A stretch of DNA of 11,185 nucleotides, taken from assembly GCA_016839785.1 (NCBI GenBank), contig JAEOTQ010000018.1, forward strand, positions 1-11,185. The letters run 5' to 3'. The stretch comes from Candidatus Hodarchaeota archaeon (GTDB lineage: Archaea > Asgardarchaeota > Heimdallarchaeia > Hodarchaeales > Hodarchaeaceae). This document shows, one piece after another, positions 6,786 through 11,185 of the stretch; the first letter of the stretch is position 1, and each line of letters opens with the position of its first letter. Below the pieces are notes generated by a model. The model saw only the letters and a program-made list of their open reading frames with translations. It did no database searches and was not told the origin of the DNA. Made by a program: the position numbers and the translations under genes.

Positions 6786-8228
6786 ATGGTTCCTTCCCCC
6801 CAACAGCAGCTAGACTTCAATCAGATCCGACAAAATACTGTTGGTCAACATGTGGAGCCGTTAGTCCTAGATTTCTTAGAAATCTGGTGGAATATTCATT
6901 CTGACGCTGCATCTTTATCTATGAAAGATATTCCTGAGTATGCTAGTAGTCTGCTTCAATCCTTTACGCTACCCCTGTATAATCAATATAAGAACACGAA
7001 GCTCTTCCATAAGTATGATGCCTGGATCAAGGATTTTTCTGCCCTTGGAATCTCTTGGCGTAATGGGGTAATCATGTTCCCTTTACGCTTGATCACATAC
7101 GAAGTTAATTCCCATCAGGACCAATTACTTGAGTATTACATCAATCGCCTACAAACAGGTCAATTACAAGGCACACAAAAGGAACTATTTGATTTCCTCT
7201 TTCCCCGCCTCATTATTGCCTCGGTTCCTTTGAAATCAGTTGATATTTTTCTTATGAAATCATTACTTGAAGCTGATCAGGGGAATTTTAATTATTTTAA
7301 AGGCTTAGAATTGATTGCCCAGGCTAAGCTCACAAATACATCCGTTCGTACTGTCAAGCGTCGAATGAAGCTTCTCAATTTCTCCCAAATCCCGATTCCT
7401 GTCTATTTCTTAGATATGGCTGCATTGGGATATGAGACTTACATAATTTCTCATTTCAATAATATTCCCGAAAAAATTTCACCGTGGGTATTACATTCTA
7501 TTGATTTAACGATCAGTCAATTCAGTCTCCTTCAATTACCTTTAAGAAATCCCCGCCTTTATAAGAACGTCGAGGATCAGTTGGAACCTCTAATATTTTC
7601 CCCGTTATCCGAAAGGATTCATTCCTGGAATTTATCAGGATTAGATGAGGGAAAAGATGCTTGGAAGACTCCACCCTCTTTTGTACATACCTATCCTACG
7701 AGGGATTTGGCTACTCCCTCCCCACATCTCAAGATGTTGCTTCAACCCCAATTTGATCGATTTCGTGACCTAACTTCCCCTGATATCAAACTCATCGAAT
7801 TTATCACTACACAAGGCACCGTTTCTAGTGTTAAGAAGCTCAGTCGGATTCTAAGAATGACCGTGCCTGATATTACAGAAAAAATGAAAGAATTTCAGCA
7901 GCAAAGACTGATTCTTCGGACTATCCAATTCTTCAATATTGGTCTTGATCTGAGTTTATTTTTCTTTATTTCTGCTCCAAAAAGCGTCGACATCGACTGG
8001 GCGACTTTATTCACAACTTTTGCTAAAGTAGATGTTTTTTACGATACTTCTACTGACGTAGATCTGTATTTTGGCTTTTTAAAACTACCTGTTAAATTCT
8101 ATAAAGATTTCACTCAAAAGGTCGCTGCCGTCAAGAAAGAATTCCCTGATATTAAATTTTATTATACTGTTGAACCCGCTGATATTACTCGCTGGAACCT
8201 TTCTCTTTCTGATACGTATAGTGGCTAA
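6786..8228 (+). CDS. Paralog C: tandem Lrp/AsnC-like HTH regulator-like protein
   Basis: Colinear with paralog B over its full length: VLDFLxIWxxIH, IMFPLxLxxYE, FLDMxxLGYE, SWNxSGLxxGxDxWxxPPSF, QFFNIGLDLSxFFFIS, YFGxxKLP, RWxxSLxDTY. Confidence 0.8.
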   Translation: MVPSPQQQLDFNQIRQNTVGQHVEPLVLDFLEIWWNIHSDAASLSMKDIPEYASSLLQSFTLPLYNQYKNTKLFHKYDAWIKDFSALGISWRNGVIMFPLRLITYEVNSHQDQLLEYYINRLQTGQLQGTQKELFDFLFPRLIIASVPLKSVDIFLMKSLLEADQGNFNYFKGLELIAQAKLTNTSVRTVKRRMKLLNFSQIPIPVYFLDMAALGYETYIISHFNNIPEKISPWVLHSIDLTISQFSLLQLPLRNPRLYKNVEDQLEPLIFSPLSERIHSWNLSGLDEGKDAWKTPPSFVHTYPTRDLATPSPHLKMLLQPQFDRFRDLTSPDIKLIEFITTQGTVSSVKKLSRILRMTVPDITEKMKEFQQQRLILRTIQFFNIGLDLSLFFFISAPKSVDIDWATLFTTFAKVDVFYDTSTDVDLYFGFLKLPVKFYKDFTQKVAAVKKEFPDIKFYYTVEPADITRWNLSLSDTYSG

Positions 8229-8389
8229 TGTAGAAAAAAAAGCAAATTTCTGTTTAGAAATTGATTTTCGCGACCGATAGTAATAATACAGATTCTGAAG
8301 TTTTTCATAGACATTTGTCTAGTCTAGACTGAACCTTTTAGAAGGCACTGGTTTTATTTGAAGAAAGTTAAAAACAAGTTGGGATCCGT

Positions 8390-9796
8390 ATGAGTGATGA
8401 ATTAAAACCTGAACCGATCGAATGGAGTATATCTCTTCGAAATAAAATAACTTTTTCTTTGGGTGAAATCGGAGATGGAGTAGCTTATCAAACATTTTCA
8501 TTTCTGATCTTCACATTTTATTTTACGGTAGTTCGGTTACCAGTCTTATGGATAAGTGGAGGATTTATCATCTGGTCTTTCTGGAATGCAGTTAATGACC
8601 CTCTCATTGGGATCTTATCTGATAAAACGCATACTCGCTGGGGTCGACGTTTTCCTTGGATGATGGGAGCCACCATTCCCCTTGCAATTGTAATGGTACT
8701 ATTATTCCTTCCTCCTATGTCATCTGATACTGTTAATTTTGCTTATTTTCTCTTCATCTTATTTCTCTTTGATACCGTTTATACAGCTTTTAACCTCAAT
8801 TATAATGCAATGTGGTCTGAAATGTTTCTTTCGACTAAGGATCGGAGTGAAGTTGGCCAAATGCGAGGAATTTTCGTTATTATTGCATTAGTTTTTGCAT
8901 TCCTCCTTCCTACCATTCTCATTGAAGATTTGACAAATCAGTTTGGCTACGATTATACTCAGAGTCAATATATTCTAGTCGGGATTCTGGCAGCTATTAT
9001 CATTGTCCTTTCGTATTCCATCGTCTTAAAATGGGGAGCAAAAGAGCGAAAAGAATTTATCAAAGACTCAGCGACGGCCCCCTCCTACATGGAAGCACTA
9101 CGATATACATTCAAGAATAAGGCCTTTCGATTCTTTGCGATAGCAGCTTTAGCTACTTGGATCTGTAATGGAATACTTCCAACCGTCATTCCTCTTTTTG
9201 CCACTTATGCTCTGAACATAGCTGAGGAAGATTCAATCCTGATTGGTGTTTTACTTCTTGTAGGATTCCTTGTAGGAGCCATATCCATCCCTTTTTGGAC
9301 AAAGATTCGCCAAACACGAGGTGCACGTACTACTGGTATGCTGGTTTTCATTAGCTGGGCAATAGGTCTACTTATTTTCATGTGGTCTTTTGATCTAGTG
9401 TCAGGTCTAGTAACAATGGCTTTAGTGGGAATTGGGCTTGGGGGAAGTATTTATTTTTATGACCAGATTATTGCTGAAATTATTGACGATGATGAGCTTC
9501 GGTATGGCACACGTCGCGCTGGGGGTTATTATGGGGCGATTTCATTCGTTATTCGCCTCTCTGGAGTAGTAAATTTCTTTATTATTGGAATCGTATTTTC
9601 TGGTACAGAATGGTCTAAGTTTACCCCAAACCCAAGTGTAGATGTGATTTGGGGTCTTCGGTTTCTGATAGGTATTTTTCCCGCACTAGTTCTCATACTA
9701 GGCTTGATAAGTCTGTATTTCTATCCTATCCATGGCGAATATCTAGAGAAAATGAGGAGTAGTGTTACAGAAGTTCATATTAAGAAACGAGAGTAA
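8390..9796 (+). CDS. MFS transporter, GPH (MelB/MFS_2-like) cation symporter family
   Basis: WNAVNDPLIGILSDKTHTRWGRRFPW motif, IIAEIIDDDELRYGTRRAGGYYG motif and about 12 hydrophobic segments. Confidence 0.92.
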   Translation: MSDELKPEPIEWSISLRNKITFSLGEIGDGVAYQTFSFLIFTFYFTVVRLPVLWISGGFIIWSFWNAVNDPLIGILSDKTHTRWGRRFPWMMGATIPLAIVMVLLFLPPMSSDTVNFAYFLFILFLFDTVYTAFNLNYNAMWSEMFLSTKDRSEVGQMRGIFVIIALVFAFLLPTILIEDLTNQFGYDYTQSQYILVGILAAIIIVLSYSIVLKWGAKERKEFIKDSATAPSYMEALRYTFKNKAFRFFAIAALATWICNGILPTVIPLFATYALNIAEEDSILIGVLLLVGFLVGAISIPFWTKIRQTRGARTTGMLVFISWAIGLLIFMWSFDLVSGLVTMALVGIGLGGSIYFYDQIIAEIIDDDELRYGTRRAGGYYGAISFVIRLSGVVNFFIIGIVFSGTEWSKFTPNPSVDVIWGLRFLIGIFPALVLILGLISLYFYPIHGEYLEKMRSSVTEVHIKKRE

Positions 9797-10133
9797 TAAA
9801 TCTTGGATTCGGAGGGAACTAACTTAGATTTCTGATCAGAGAGCGACATAAGGAATTTTGCACTCTAACAAATCTCCTTACATATAATGGAAATGATTAG
9901 CTTTCAGAAATATAGAATAATTTATTATTAACACTCTGTTACCCATGTCACTCACATAGTTATCCTATAGTCTTATATTTCTTTAGCTAATTTTTGAAAT
10001 TCTCCATGAATTATCGAACCAAACAAGAATTTATAAGGAACATAATTCTCCAATCACTTAGTGTCCTGACAATTAACAAGTAACGATTTTTTGTTGGTAA
10101 AAACTTAATTCCTAAATTTTGAAGGAAGTAAAT

Positions 10134-10751
10134 ATGCAAGAAAATACCACTAATTTACGAATTTATGGCCCACAGATGCCAGAGGCCATTAAACGATTGC
10201 ATGATTTAGAAAAAAAGGTAATCGCTGAATTTCCAATTGAACGGGGTGAGATCAATATCGGTAAGTATGATTATATTTACCACTGGGAAAAGGCTCCCAG
10301 GCCTGAACCCCTATTAGCTCTGATAGAATATATCGATGAGGCATTTGCTGGTTTACCGACTCGTTATTCCATTACGACAGAGGGATATCACACTCGACGA
10401 GTAACAGCAGAGGCTGATCGTATGGGGTCAAATACAACCTTTAGCTTTGTTCGAATACATGGTCCAAGTATTTCGAAGGCTCTTCGAGCGATTGAAAAAG
10501 TAGTTGAAGATGTCGAGACCACAAATACAATTCAATCACTTAAATCATCTGTTCTTGTAGGAGAATGGGACTACGCATTTGAATGGGATCATTATCCTAC
10601 TATGGATGAGATTCATGATTTACTTGCCTCCGTTGATAAATTGGTGGGCCCCACTGGTGCTTTATACAAAATTTCTACATTGAAAAATGTTTATCGAACG
10701 GAAAAGCATGTAGACGACCATACTTCTGAAAACCTAATGGCGTTCTTATAA
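10134..10751 (+). CDS. Hypothetical protein made of two homologous ~75-aa repeats
   Basis: RIYGP...GKYDYIYHW...P...IDE.....TRYSITT vs RIHGP...GEWDYAFEW...P...VDK.....ALYKIST. ATG 10134 follows GAAGGA, whereas the track starts at TTG 10119. Confidence 0.75.
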   Translation: MQENTTNLRIYGPQMPEAIKRLHDLEKKVIAEFPIERGEINIGKYDYIYHWEKAPRPEPLLALIEYIDEAFAGLPTRYSITTEGYHTRRVTAEADRMGSNTTFSFVRIHGPSISKALRAIEKVVEDVETTNTIQSLKSSVLVGEWDYAFEWDHYPTMDEIHDLLASVDKLVGPTGALYKISTLKNVYRTEKHVDDHTSENLMAFL

Positions 10752-10857
10752 GCGATAATTTTTCATTTTCAAATGGTTTTGGAAAATTCCCCCCAAGCAG
10801 CTGTACATTCCCATAATATCTTGATATACAGATGATAAATACTTGAAGGAACTACTG

Positions 10858-11185
10858 ATGGTAAATATTGTTCCAATAGTAATTGGAGCTCTAGAAAGTG
10901 CTCTCTTAACGCTAGTAGATTACCTTTCTCTCCATGTGCTTCTATGTCTTATCCCTGCATTCTTCATTGCTGGTGCCATGGTAGTGTTCATTCCCAAAGA
11001 TGTTATTATGAGGTATATGGGGAAGAACGCGGATTCTAAAGTTGCTTATCCTATGGCTACAGCCGCTGGGTTTTTACTTGCTGTCTGTAGTTGCACTGTT
11101 TTACCATTATTTGTTGGAATCTGGAAAAAAGGAGTAGGCCTAGGTCCTGCAATAACTTTTCTCTTTGTTGCTCCGGCAATTAATA
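10858..11185 (+). CDS. DUF318/ArsP-type permease, N-terminal part (runs off the window)
   Basis: Not in the ORF track. MVNIVPIVIGALESALLTLVDYLSLHVLLCLIPAFFIAGAM...LLAVCSCTVLPLFVGIWKKGVGLGPAITFLFVAPAIN carries the CSC.vlPl..g..kkG..lGpa..FL...PaiN signature. GAAGGA SD upstream. Confidence 0.85.
   Translation, partial: MVNIVPIVIGALESALLTLVDYLSLHVLLCLIPAFFIAGAMVVFIPKDVIMRYMGKNADSKVAYPMATAAGFLLAVCSCTVLPLFVGIWKKGVGLGPAITFLFVAPAIN

Noticed and set aside
8319-8501. 60-aa - strand ORF from the track
   Set aside because: Overlaps the 5' end of the well-supported MFS gene on the opposite strand.
10773-10835. 20-codon ORF MVLENSPQAAVHSHNILIYR
   Set aside because: No RBS, no similarity to the 51-aa peptides, and it lies in the permease promoter region.

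Overview
AT-rich archaeal DNA, most likely Asgard (Heimdallarchaeia-like). This is inferred from GGTGA ribosome-binding sites, TATA/BRE-like promoters and a TPGF-TM-basic C-terminal sorting tail. Order of genes: a small toxin-antitoxin-like pair (W-x-HI-xxx-HPE protein plus DUF2283) between attC-like direct repeats; three paralogous ~480-565 aa proteins, each with an uncharacterised N-terminal domain and two tandem Lrp/AsnC-like HTH units; a central wHTH ORF flanked by 21-bp direct repeats; a GPH-family MFS symporter; a two-repeat hypothetical protein; and a truncated DUF318/ArsP-type permease. Main observation: two unannotated 51-aa paralogous ORFs (4371..4526 +, 6489..6644 -), missing from the ORF track, each sit head-to-head with one intact regulator paralog across a 141-142 bp spacer carrying conserved palindromic boxes. 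Each peptide has a basic N-region, a hydrophobic core, IG[A/S]G and a variable 11-aa tail. The layout parallels bacterial peptide-receptor signalling pairs (SHP/Rgg, Phr/Rap, AimP/AimR) but uses a tandem Lrp-like protein, so it is a candidate undescribed archaeal peptide-signalling system. That function is inference, not demonstrated.
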